Below are positions 26,950 to 37,466 of a stretch of 64,000 nucleotides of DNA, one piece after another. The stretch comes from Spirogloea muscicola (Eukaryota). The DNA is taken from contig WELB01000006.1 of NCBI GenBank assembly GCA_009602725.1, positions 916,632-980,631 of the forward strand, written 5' to 3'. The stretch's first letter is position 1, and each line of letters opens with the position of its first letter. A model generated the notes under the pieces. That model had not been told where the DNA came from. It searched no databases and saw only the letters and a program-made list of their open reading frames with translations. The translations under genes were made by a program, and so were the position numbers.

Positions 26950-28200
26950 GGTAGGGCGTTATCTCTGGTCCTCAGTCCATCTGGACTTTCACTGGTGCTA
27001 TTGGAGAATCTTACCAGCTCAAGGCTCGCACATATGACCCCAAAGCCATATGCTTAGAGAAACATGGAAGTTGCAAAGTGCAATGTCAGCCTGTAGAGGT
27101 TGGGGAGGTTGTGTCAGATTTTGCTGGGCAGCTGTATGCTGCGCATTGAAGTGCAACAACTGATGTTGATAGACATACGCTGCACAGTGGAGCGCTGATT
27201 GTCGAGCCCCCCAGTTGCGTGAAGACACCTCGCCACATCTGCAGACATACCCCGGAGGTCTATTGGTGCTGTGGGGCTCATGTCAACTAGCTCAATTCAA
27301 TTAGCTGAGGGGTGCTATGGTGCTATCATTTGCTGGCGGGCTGGGGCACTGTGAGGGGCCCAAGCTCAGCCGCCCAATCCCTAAGCAGCCATATTGAAGA
27401 GCTGCGAAGTCCAAGTGGACTTGTACATGCTCATCCGGTGGGGCCTGTGCAGTGAAGCGGGATCTGGTACTAAAAAGCAATTTTGAGAGACAGTGTATGC
27501 ATAGTAGGTTCTTGGAAGCGACTACATTACGCAGAGCCGTAACCTCGCAGCCCCCACTCTGGACCACCATGTCAGAAGTGGATGAGCAGAGAGTACAGGG
27601 TTGGTGCACCGCGTTAATGGCACACAGAAGCTGATTGTTGCTCTTCAAGAGCTGGCAACTCTTCATGTTGTACCTGTCGACTGGTTTGACTGCCGCCCCC
27701 GCTGTTTATATCCCCAATCCGAATCGTCAGCTGGCCACTCGCCCCTCTGCTTGGGACCACCATACTGCGTCAGTCTCAATGGCAAACACACTTTTTTGTC
27801 TAACGGCGGCAGATACGGAGCAGACTAGCATAGGCTTGGCTTGCACTTGGGGTGGGCAGCAGTCCTTGCTAGGGCACAGGTTGCCTCACTTTCAGAGTGC
27901 CTCGGTTTCAGAGCTCAATGTGCCAGGTAATTCTTCTCAGAGGGAGCCAATCCCCAGCCCTTTGACCCTGGTTGCATGGTTCTCCAGCCGCTTGCCGGTT
28001 CGCTATACAATCACGCTCAACACTCCCATTGGATATGCGGCATTAGCCAGGTGCAAGCTCCTGCATCGATCAATCTTGGGCTTGGCAACTGCATCACCGA
28101 AGTCTGTCTCCGACAAGAATTGAGTCATCAACCTCGAGTGGCAAGGTCACTCCGGCAGGTGCTCAGTAACGTTAACACATCTGCCTTGGACCTTTGAATA
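26950..28200 (-). mobile_element. Highly decayed reverse-transcriptase fragment of a CRE-like LINE
   Basis: In correct order on the minus strand across frameshifts: GAAVKPV (~GGVRPI), VVQSGGCEV (~GVxGGCE), LKIAF (~DxxNAFN), SSRNWGARQ (~SxxGVRQGDPL). Matches are weak and by eye. Confidence 0.45.
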
Positions 28201-28227
28201 CCTTGGTGCAAACAGGTGTCTGCCTGA

Positions 28228-30225
28228 GAAGGAAATAAGCTTTTCCAAAGCGGGCGAGGACTGTGAAAAGCCAGCCCAGAAAGAATGGACAAGGACCAGC
28301 GAAATAGATCTTTTGATGTAGGCAATGGCTGTGAGAGGCAAGTACCACGAAGGATGGTCACTTGGAACCTGTAGCTAGCAGCCGCAAGTGAGATAGACTA
28401 GCCACCGGAAAGCAGTCCCCTCGACGAAAGCCAGAGGCTACAGCTAGAGCTTTGGCCAGCACGCAGATGCAAGGTGTGGGCCAAGGACCGCTGTAGGGTT
28501 ATGGGCAGGCGCATGCGAAACACCTGCACTTGCGAACCAGCGGCGTTGAAGACGGCCTGCTCGCCCTGCCTACGAGATCACAGCGCGGCGCGCAATAACC
28601 TTTAGTCAGCAAGTGCAGATCAGAATTTGGAAGAGCTTAGTCTTTCTCTCACAGCTCCCTGCGGAAGAGCTTACTTCTCAGAAAGAGCTGTTAATCATTC
28701 ACAGCCATCGCCCCCTTCTCTCGCTTGTGTCTCCTTCTACCTTGTCATCCCTCTTGGACTTACTAAGCTCCCATCCGCTGTAGTCTCTTGCATAGCTGTG
28801 TGGTGTTAGGCGCCTTTCGGCCTTTTGGACCTTGTCCATTCTTTCTGGGCTGGCAAACCACAGCCCCTGCCTTTATATTGGAAGAGCTGTTATTGGCTTT
28901 TCCGTTCATTCCCTTTCTTCCTGGACTGGCTAGTCACAGCCCTCTACTAACAGAGACTTTCTTCTGACCTTATCGAGATTTTCCCAGCTGGCTCTTTACA
29001 GCCCTCGCCCCCCTTAGCGGTCCGTGGCCCTCGCCTTGCATCTGCGTGCTGCCGTGCTCTCGTTGCGGCCTCAGGCTTTCGGCAGGGGGATAGGTTTTCC
29101 GGCAGCTAGTTTGTCGGATTTGAGGCTCCTCACTCGTAACTACCGAGTGGTCCATCCTCCCCCGTTCAGACATAGCATCTTCAGGCCCCTTCGTAGCTGC
29201 TTAGCGCTTTTTAGGCCCCTCCGTCATTTGGCCCTTCGAACCTTTGTCAGTTCTTTTCGGGCTGGCTTTTTACATCCCTTGCCCCCATTAGGAAGTGCCA
29301 CTTCCCTTTCGATGAGCTTCTACTTCCTTTCACAGCCCTCGCCCTAGAGCGAGAGAAGGGCTCGCCCATTGAGGATAGGGGCTGGAAGAAGCCAGCCCAG
29401 AAAAGAATGAACAAAGGACGAGAAGGGGCCAGGGGAAGTACGAAGAACAACAAGCACTAAAAAGAAACGAAGCAGCTACGAAGCACTCAGTAACCCCTGC
29501 TAAGCAGCCTCAGGTCAGAGAGACTGGGTTCCTGGAAGCGGGTCCCCTGGCCAGAGCCAGAGGCAGCAGCGAGGAGAGCAAGCGCGGCCAGATTAACTGG
29601 TGGCTGGGGAAGGCCAGCCCAAAAAAGAATAGACAAGGTCTGAAGGAGCCGGAGTGCTAAGGACTGAGACAGCAGTATGCGAACTCTCAGTAACCTCTCG
29701 TCAGTAGATGCAAATCTGAATAGCTAGCAGGCGGAAAGACGTCGCCCTGACGGAAGCCGGAGGCCGCCGCCAGAGCGCGGCCTGCGCGCAAGTGGACCGC
29801 AAAAAGTTAGGGACCGCTGCAAAGAGACGGCAGGCGCATCCGGAAGACTTGGGCGAGGGACCCGGCGACATGGAAGCCGGGCTGCTCGCCTTGCTGCCCG
29901 TCGCGGCGGGCCGCTGCTCGCCGCGCAAGGCGGTGAAGGAGGTCCAGCCATTTGGCGCCAAAGGCGCCGTGTACGTCGACGGCGAGTGGGATAAACTCGT
30001 CGCCTACCGGGTGATCTGAGTACTTGCGCTCCTTTGCGGCGCCCCCTTTAGCCAGTTAAATTAGGCCGTGCTTGCTTCGCCCCTTGGGAAGAAAGTGCTC
30101 GCCCATAGAGAAGAAAGTGCTCGCCCATAGAGAAGAGGTTCTGGCAAAGCGAGAAAAGCGCGCCCCGCAAAGCCAGGCTAAAAAGAATGGACAATTTCCA
30201 AAGCCGAAGGACTTTACTTTCTCTC
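28228..30225. mobile_element. Nested cluster of CRE-like LINE 3' ends from several subfamilies in both orientations; longest copy 29575-30030 (-)
   Basis: Reverse complement of 30030-29700 reads RKYSDHPVGDEFIPLAVDVHGAFGAKWLDLLHRLARRAA...LAQVFRMRL, parallel to KLQYYSDYPKCDQLLPAAVDIFGCVG in ORF 56392-57282; the shared terminal motif occurs at least 7 times. Confidence 0.85.
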
Positions 30226-30460
30226 ATGGTCACCGCCTTCTTTCATCTTTTCTTATTTTTCCCCCGCCGCCGGTGAGACGACGTGAATTCACCCCCCCCT
30301 ACCCACGCCACCACCACGTGTCCGCTCGGCAGGCCCAAGCCACGCACGCCACGCTGAGCAAGGCTGCCGTCAGCCGCCGCCACGCGGCCTGCTGCGAAGC
30401 TGCGCGCGTCAGCGTCAGGTCCGCCCGCCCCCTCTTTGTGGGGGCCCGTCCTGCCTCTCA

Positions 30461-31150
30461 CTGCGACCCAAGTTGAGGCCCGATAACCCGACCTTTGTCA
30501 CGCCAGTCGTCAAACTGATGGCACTGTCTCGTGGCCCCCTTCCCCGTCTCTTGCCACAACGAGCCGTTGCTCGAGTGTGGCGTCGCAAGCGCGAGAGCGA
30601 AGGCGCGCGGCGTCTATGATTTGAAAGGGACGCCAAGCCGAGGCCAGTTACCCTGTTCCTGCAGGAGGGCCAGAAACGAGGAGATGGCTAGCCCAAGTGG
30701 GATTCACGAGTTCCGAATTGTAAGACTACTCTTCCGGATGGTATCGAAAGGCTAGCCGAGAAGCTTGACTAGGTCTGATGGGACGGGTAAGCACCGAAAG
30801 AGAAAAGGCGTGCTGCGCACAGGAAAAGCCAAGCTAACACACTGTTCAGGTAAAGCTAGTGCAGTGGTTGGAGCTATTCGAAGCGAAGCCCTCTGCTTAG
30901 GGGGCCTGATTTACTATACGGAGACCAGCTGAAGGGTGAGTGAAGTGCCCAGTTGTGAGCACATAGAGATTTGACAGGCTAACTTGGGGAGCGGGAGTAT
31001 CGCCTCGAAAGCCAGTGGCCTGGCTTAGTGCGCGCCCAGCATGCTGATGAATAGCAAATGTCGGGAGCGCAACAAGGTAAGCAAAAGTCGCACTCTATAG
31101 TAAACAGAGAGAAAGTGCACGGTGCACATGAAATTGAAAGGGAGGCCAAT
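30461..31150 (+). other. Probable group IIA intron 5' portion (domain I to III), degenerate, likely organelle-derived
   Basis: 5' end cTGCGA; CCCAAG (30467-30472) pairs with CTTGGG (30983-30988) and GTCAAA (30509-30514) with TTTGAC (30970-30975), as in the IIA domain I basal stem; internal IIA-like strings GCCAGAAACGAGGAG, GGGTAAG, CGAAGCGAAGC, CTGATTTAC, CTAACTTGGGGA; domain III-like CTCTATAGTA...ACATG...GAAAGGGAGGC. No domain V/VI seen. Confidence 0.62.
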
Positions 31151-31409
31151 TCTAGCCAATTCTATGCAACAAATGACTGCGGATAGCTTGTGTACCCCAA
31201 GCTTGCTCCCCACTTCACGACGACGCGCGTCAACGAGCTCGACCAGTTGCTGGAGGAGGGAGGACCGCCTCTTACCATGGGCGCCATGATAATGGACAGG
31301 GCACGGACAGAAGTGCTTTCCGGAATCTGGTCCTTGTAGGCCTCTCATTTCTGGATGCAGCCTCCAGTTTCTGTGCTCTGCGTGGGCTTTTGCCCAGCCA
31401 GGCGAGGAA

Positions 31410-31898
31410 GAAGAAGTAGAAGAATCAGCTATCTTCAAAGGGGACAAGGGCTGTGGAAAGCCAGCCCACAAAGAAGAGCAGAACGACCACAGATCTTCAA
31501 CAAGGCCTAGAGGAGCGAGACAAGGCAGGTGCACGGTGCGCATGTACTAAAAAGGGAGGCAAGCAAGCCAGTACCCTGTGTGAGAAGAACATAGAAAGAT
31601 CTAACAGGGACCAAGTAACAAATAAGCATAAAAAACTGAATGGGGACTAGTACCTACAAGTGGGCATATACCTGTCTGCCAGATTTATCTGAGGCGCCGG
31701 AGCACCACCGTGTAAGGAAAAAGAGAGAAGGGCTCGCCCATTGAGGATAGGGGCTGGAAAGAGCCAGCCCAGGAAAGAATGTACAAAGGACGAGAAGTGG
31801 CCAGGGGAAGTACGAGGAACAACAAGCACAGAAAAGAAGCGAAGCAGCTACGAAGCACTCAGTAACCCCTGCTAAGCAGCCTCAGGTCAGAGAGACTG
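31410..31898 (-). mobile_element. Two CRE-like LINE 3' ends (about 31410-31510 and 31722-31898, the second running into the gap)
   Basis: 31722-31898 is nearly identical to 29352-29527 and to the reverse complement of 36600-36772. Confidence 0.8.
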
Positions 31899-32269
31899 NN
31901 NNNNNNNNNNNNNNNNNNNNNNNNNNNNNNNNNNNNNNNNNNNNNNNNNNNNNNNNNNNNNNNNNNNNNNNNNNNNNNNNNNNNNNNNNNNNNNNNNNNN
32001 NNNNNNNNNNNNNNNNNNNNNNNNNNNNNNNNNNNNNNNNNNNNNNNNNNNNNNNNNNNNNNNNNNNNNNNNNNNNNNNNNNNNNNNNNNNNNNNNNNNN
32101 NNNNNNNNNNNNNNNNNNNNNNNNNNNNNNNNNNNNNNNNNNNNNNNNNNNNNNNNNNNNNNNNNNNNNNNNNNNNNNNNNNNNNNNNNNNNNNNNNNNN
32201 NNNNNNNNNNNNNNNNNNNNNNNNNNNNNNNNNNNNNNNNNNNNNNNNNNNNNNNNNNNNNNNNNNNNN

Positions 32270-32919
32270 CGGCTCCGCAGCGAGCGCCAGGCGGCCGGTC
32301 CAGGCGGAGGCGAGCGCCGCGCTTGCGCTGCGGCGCGGACGCGCCTGGTCCGGCGCGCGTGGAGGAGGTGGACTTCGACGCCCAGCGCATCGCCGCCGAC
32401 CTGCAAGCCGCCACCGGCACCGTCGACGCGGCGCGCACCGTGGAGGCGACTGCGGAGGCGGCGTCGCCGCGCGTGGCGCCGCTCGTCCTCGAGGCCGCCG
32501 CCGAGGAGCTCGCGGCGGCGGATGGCCCTGCCGTCCGGGAGCGCGCCCTGGAGATGGCGCAGGCCCTGGTGCAGGACCTCGGCGAGGCTGCCGTCTCTGG
32601 CGGCGGCAGCGGGGGCGCCGAGGAGCTCGCGGCAGAGCTGGAGGCCAAGGCGGGCATCGTAGCTGAGCAGAGACGGGGCGACGCCTCTGCCGGCGGCTCA
32701 GGCGCCGGGAGGACAGGCAGTGGGCTGGAGGAGATTAGGGAGAGCGTGCAGGACTGGGGTGCGAGCCTCGGGGAGGGCCTCCAGGAGGGCCTGCGGCAGG
32801 TCACCAGCAGTGGCAGCAATGGAGGCGGTAGCAGCGGCGCTGGTGCCGGCAGCGGCGATGATGTGGCAGCTGCGGTGAAGGAGGACTACGAGGATGAGGA
32901 CGGTAATGACATGGTATGA
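32270..32919 (+). CDS. Acidic LEA-like protein, 5'-partial (start in N gap)
   Basis: Open frame from the gap edge with a transit-peptide-like RRRARRACAA/RC segment, then an A/E/G/D-rich amphipathic region; WGASLGEGLQEGLRQV resembles VGSLGEELQGGGQGL of the 24122-24901 gene. Confidence 0.7.
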
Positions 32920-35034
32920 ATTCTGACCTCCAGCATCTTATGCCGTCACTTTATTGTGGGCGGGCTTGGGCTATGACTGAGTTGCTGCTGTAAGAGGCAA
33001 CATTGGTGCCGGTTGCTCTTGCGGCTATTCGACATTGACATCGCTTGGGCGGCTTCGCCAGGTGGCGGCTGCGGACCCGGCCGTGCACCCAGCAGTGGCT
33101 CGCCAGCGCTCTTGGTCGGACGATGTTCCCGCTGACGACCGCGGCAGCCTGTCAGGCGAGATGGGGGAGCCCGACGAGCAGTAGCAGCGGCTGGCTGGCA
33201 GATGTACGTCCTGGGTCGCATGAATGGATCTTATGCTGTCAATAAGGCTGATGGATTGTAAACACAGCAAGGATATTGCTGGTGCAAGTGGCGCATTGAG
33301 GCCTGGGGCTTGGTTTGCTGCAAGCTGCTGCATAAGGTCCTTATATGCCAGCAGCTTCGACTCATACTGGGCTACGAGCATCTCCTCGAAGTTGTCACCA
33401 AGGGCCTGGTTGCAGTCACTGCAATTGTAGCCAGAACCTCATCTGCATCTCATCTTTCACAGAGAGAGGGACCACAATCCACTTGCCATGGTAGTAGTTG
33501 GATAGTTGTGGCGTGTGTCGGTACATGGTTGCGTGCGCACAGCTATTCTTGTGAACGAAGCTCATGAAGAGCAAAGAACATCAGGGACACCTGCGAGCAG
33601 CACCTCAACTTTTGCTTGGGCCTTTGGAAGCCGTCTGTTGAGGGTGCGGATACAAAGGGCTTGCCAGGTACCCAAGTCAATTGCTACAGTCTCCGCTACA
33701 GACTTGGCTTGTCACAAATTTATTGCTCCTTGGCATCTCGAGCATCACATCATGCGTGGTACTAGCACCTGCTTGTGGCCGCAAGCAGCTGGATGTAGGA
33801 CACTGACTTGCTAGAGCTGCATCCTCATTTGTGGTACTGCTGGTGACGTTGGCTCACCTTGCACATGAACTACCATAATGCGTGCCAATGAGGAGCCGAC
33901 GGCCTGTACTCATTGTTTTTGAAGCGAGCACACAGATTGAGCAAGGATACTGGGGGCACGGCAAGCGGTGCAATTTGCAGTGCAATGCCCATGCGGTGCT
34001 TTGGTGGGGCACCACCAGGTAACGTGAATCAGGGACTCTCTATGGACATATTACCACTTCTGATTTCAATTGCATCCTCCGCCTCCATGCTTGTGAGACG
34101 ATGGTGGTCCAGTGCCTTGCTTCCGGAGTTTCCAGTTGCCTTGTGAAGTTTACAGACTACTTCCTTGTAAGGCAGTGACTGTGTGAGTGCCCGCGCGTTG
34201 CCTGCTGTGGCGTCCTGTACCCCGACGATACGCACCTGATAGCAGGCTGACGTTGAGGAGCTGCCTGGTGCAATGAAACACCAGCAAGGCTATCATGGCT
34301 GAGGTCAGAGCGGAAGTTTCAATGTACACCCGCCTCTACAGTCCGGGCCGGGCCATAAGTAGTAGGGCACACGTTGCTACTTGAGTGTGTGAAAACAGCT
34401 ACAACAAGTCTTTGAGATGGGAATGTAGAGATAATTAACAAGAAAACCAGCTGTTTTCAAAATTAGCTCAAATTTAGCGAACATGTAAGCTGGTCCACGC
34501 AACATCTTCATTGTGGAATCACGATTCAGCACAGACTGATGGTTGCTAGTACTTGGCTTGCATGTCAACGACCTGATAGCATCAATGGAGTCCAATCACG
34601 TCATCAATTATGGTCAGAAAAGGCTGGGGACCACACAGAGCCCGAGAGACAAGGCCCTGTCTGCCAGAATGTAGGGTCCTTTGGTAGAGGAGTTGGCCAC
34701 ACGGCGAGTCCCGATTGAGCGGCCTCTGCCCCTCGGTATGTTGTGGGGCCCCGCCCCACGACCTCGACGCTGCCCCGCTCGTGCCTGCTGTCGATCTGGG
34801 GGTGAGGACGTCAGACGGCCGAGGGCTGGGCAGCCGCGGCCTGGCTGGCTTGCCCAGCCTCCTGCCTTGGGAGCAGGCAGAAAGTCGCCCTCGGCGCACA
34901 GTGGCGCCACATCGGCCGCGGAGGTTGGGGGCTGATCGCAGCGGGCGCTGTGGCGCACGGTGGCGGCGAGCAGTTGGCCGGGCGGCACCGCCGGCCCAGT
35001 CCCTTCCCCGCGCAGCCGCCCAGTCTGTTCCTTC

Positions 35035-36910
35035 CACTGGCCCTCCTAGACCACGATCTCCACCTGGGCTGGCCTCTCCCAGCCACCATTTAGTCTGGCC
35101 GCGCTTGCTCCGATCTCCCCTGCTTCACCACTTTGCCCTGTGCGTGAACAGTGCATCTGCTCGGCTTGGCCTTCCTAAATCTATCATGCGTACCGCACGC
35201 AACTCTCTCCTTGCCCAGCTTCTCTGCCCCCGCCCCCTCCCCTCCGCTTTCTCCTCTGCAGGGCGAGAAGGGCATACCCGGCCCCTTCGGACCTTGTCCA
35301 TCTCCTTCGGGCTGAACGGTCACAGCCCTTTGCCCCTCTGGAAGAGCTTACTTCCTTCAGCCTCTCACGGCCAGTGATTCGATTTCTTCTCCTCTCCCAC
35401 ACCGACCTCCCCTCCTGCCACCTTGCCTGTCCCGTCGTGCCTGTTTTGCCGCCACTCTTCTGTGCCATCTTTCACGGCCATTGCCCCATTCAGCAGTCGC
35501 TAGTCCGTTTTGTTGGGCTGGCTTTCAGCGATCGCCCCTATGGAAGAGCGTCTTCCCTATGTGGAAGTGCTTCTTCTAGTCCTCGGAAGAGCCACTTATT
35601 TTCTTATTATCTTTAAAGAAGCAAGCGCGGCCAGATTAACTGGTGGCTGGGAGAGGCCAGCCCAAAGGCTGGCCTCTCCCAGCCACCAGTTAATCTGGCC
35701 GCGCTTGCTCTCAAAAAAGGAATGGACAAGGTCTGAAGGAGCCGGAGTTCTTTTATTCTTTCTTCTGACCTCTCAAACACTGTACCCAACCTCACAACGT
35801 AGCGCGCACCCCTCTCCTCCCCGCCCTCCGGAATGGAGCGCCCCGAGAGAAGAGGGGCTAGCAAAGCCAGCCCAGAAAAGAATGGACAATGTCCGCAGGC
35901 CTCAAAGGCCACAAAACGGTGCCCGGAATGACAACACTGCACACCAATAATGATGCAGATGGATGCTCAGTGACCACGATTGAGCAACAGTAACTCAGAA
36001 TTACTCGAAGCAGGAAACTCGGCACTCCGCCGAGACCCTGAGGCAGCAGCCATAGCGTGGCCTCCGGGCGACTGCCACTAATCATTTCCACCACATTACA
36101 GCCATCGCCGCGCATCGGCCCACCCCCCTCCCCACCGCCCTCCTAGCAATGCCACTCATCTCCAGTCATCGAAACCACCACTTACACAGCCATCGCCCCT
36201 TCTGTAGAGTTGCTCAGCGGGGTCTACTCAGCAGCCATGCTTGGTGATTCCTCTCTCCTCTGCTTGTGTAGAAGAAGTGGCTCTCCCAATGGGGGCAAGG
36301 GCTGTGAGAAGCCAGCCCGAAAAGAATTGACAAGGTCCGAAGGGGCCAAACTACGAGCTAAGCAGCGACTGCGGGGCCTGAAGAGGCTACGGCAGAACGG
36401 GGGAGGATGGACCACTTAGTAGTTACGAGTGAGGAGCCTCACATCCGACAGACTAGTTGCCGGTAAACTATCCCCCTGACGAAAGCCGGAGGCCGCAGCG
36501 AGAGCACGGCCAGCACGCAGATGCAAGGCGTGGGCCATGGACCGCTGAAGGGAGACTGACAACCGCATGCAGTATACCTGGGTCCGGAAAGCAGGGACCC
36601 AGTCTCTCTGACCTGAGGCTGCTTAGCAGGGGTTACTGAGTGCTTCGTAGCTGCTTCATTTCTTTTTGTGCTTGTTGTTCTTAATGCTTCCCCTGTCCCC
36701 TTCTCGTCCATTGGTCATTCTTTTTTGGGCTGGCTTTTTTCAGCCCCTATCCTCAATGGGCGAGCCCTTCTCTGAAAGCAGTCCCCTTGGGCGAAAGCCA
36801 GAAGCTGCAGCTAGAGCACGGCCAGCAACGCAGAGTGCAAGGCGTGGGCCGTGAGTCGCTTGAGGGGCTATGGAAGGTGAGAAGCCAGCCCGGAAAAGAT
36901 GTTCAGGGTC
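35035..36910. mobile_element. Nested cluster of CRE-like LINE 3' ends, including a foldback at 35620-35709, a - copy at 36270-36570 and a + copy at 36575-36772
   Basis: Shared terminal motif occurs at least 8 times; ORF end SLSDLRLLSRGY* at 36639 parallels ISDPYVLTRGY* at 57282. Confidence 0.83.
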
Positions 36911-37466
36911 AACGCAAGGCTGGAGTAGAAGCAGCTTCCGGCGGAGGAGGGGCGGTGGCCGGCCAAGGGCCAGCCCAGGAGCGGACACAGGCCCTGGCGG
37001 CGGGCGGGCCGCGCGGGAGAGCCGCCAGCCAGAAATCCCCCGCCGCACGGCCGGCAGCCTGGAGGGGCGCCCGGCGGGCCGAGTCCGGCCAGGCCCCCGG
37101 CCGCCGCGAATCCCTCCGCGCCGCCCGGAGCTCCGTGCGCGAGCCCTGGCCGTCCGTCGTTTAGCGGCCAGCCAGGGGGTTCCCTGCCAGCAGCGGGCCC
37201 CACCAAGCCGGCCGGGAGCGGCCCGCGCCATCCGGGGGATGCCCGGCCGACGGGCCCAATGTCGGCCAATCCGAGCGGGATCTGGCCGCCCGCGGGCACC
37301 TGGCCACGTGCCCATGTGCTTCCAGCAGAGCGCCTGGCCGCGCTCCCATACCCCCCAACCTCCCCCAACCCCCCCCGCACATGGCCGCCATGGCTGCCGC
37401 GCCGCACCTTCGCCGCCGCTGAGCGCGCCCAGCCCGTCGCCGCAGCAGCGGCAGCAGCGCCAAGCC

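Noticed and set aside
30428..30455. PLFV-like resemblance to cox1 just upstream of the intron relic
   Set aside because: Too short and out of frame to support an organellar exon call.
30710..30960. Group I intron P/Q/R/S elements, or SRP, RNase MRP or telomerase RNA
   Set aside because: Only loose matches without convincing P7 pairing or diagnostic motifs; the group IIA basal stem explains the region better.
32946..34600. Possible gene or TE remnant (short minus-strand ORFs such as 33025-33381)
   Set aside because: No recognisable domain and no consistent exon chain.
36470..36510. Hammerhead ribozyme core (CTGACGA...) in the repeat, suggesting a retrozyme or Penelope-like element
   Set aside because: No correctly placed GAAA/stem III follows, and the segment is the antisense of the RLE ORF C-terminus (SGFRQGD).
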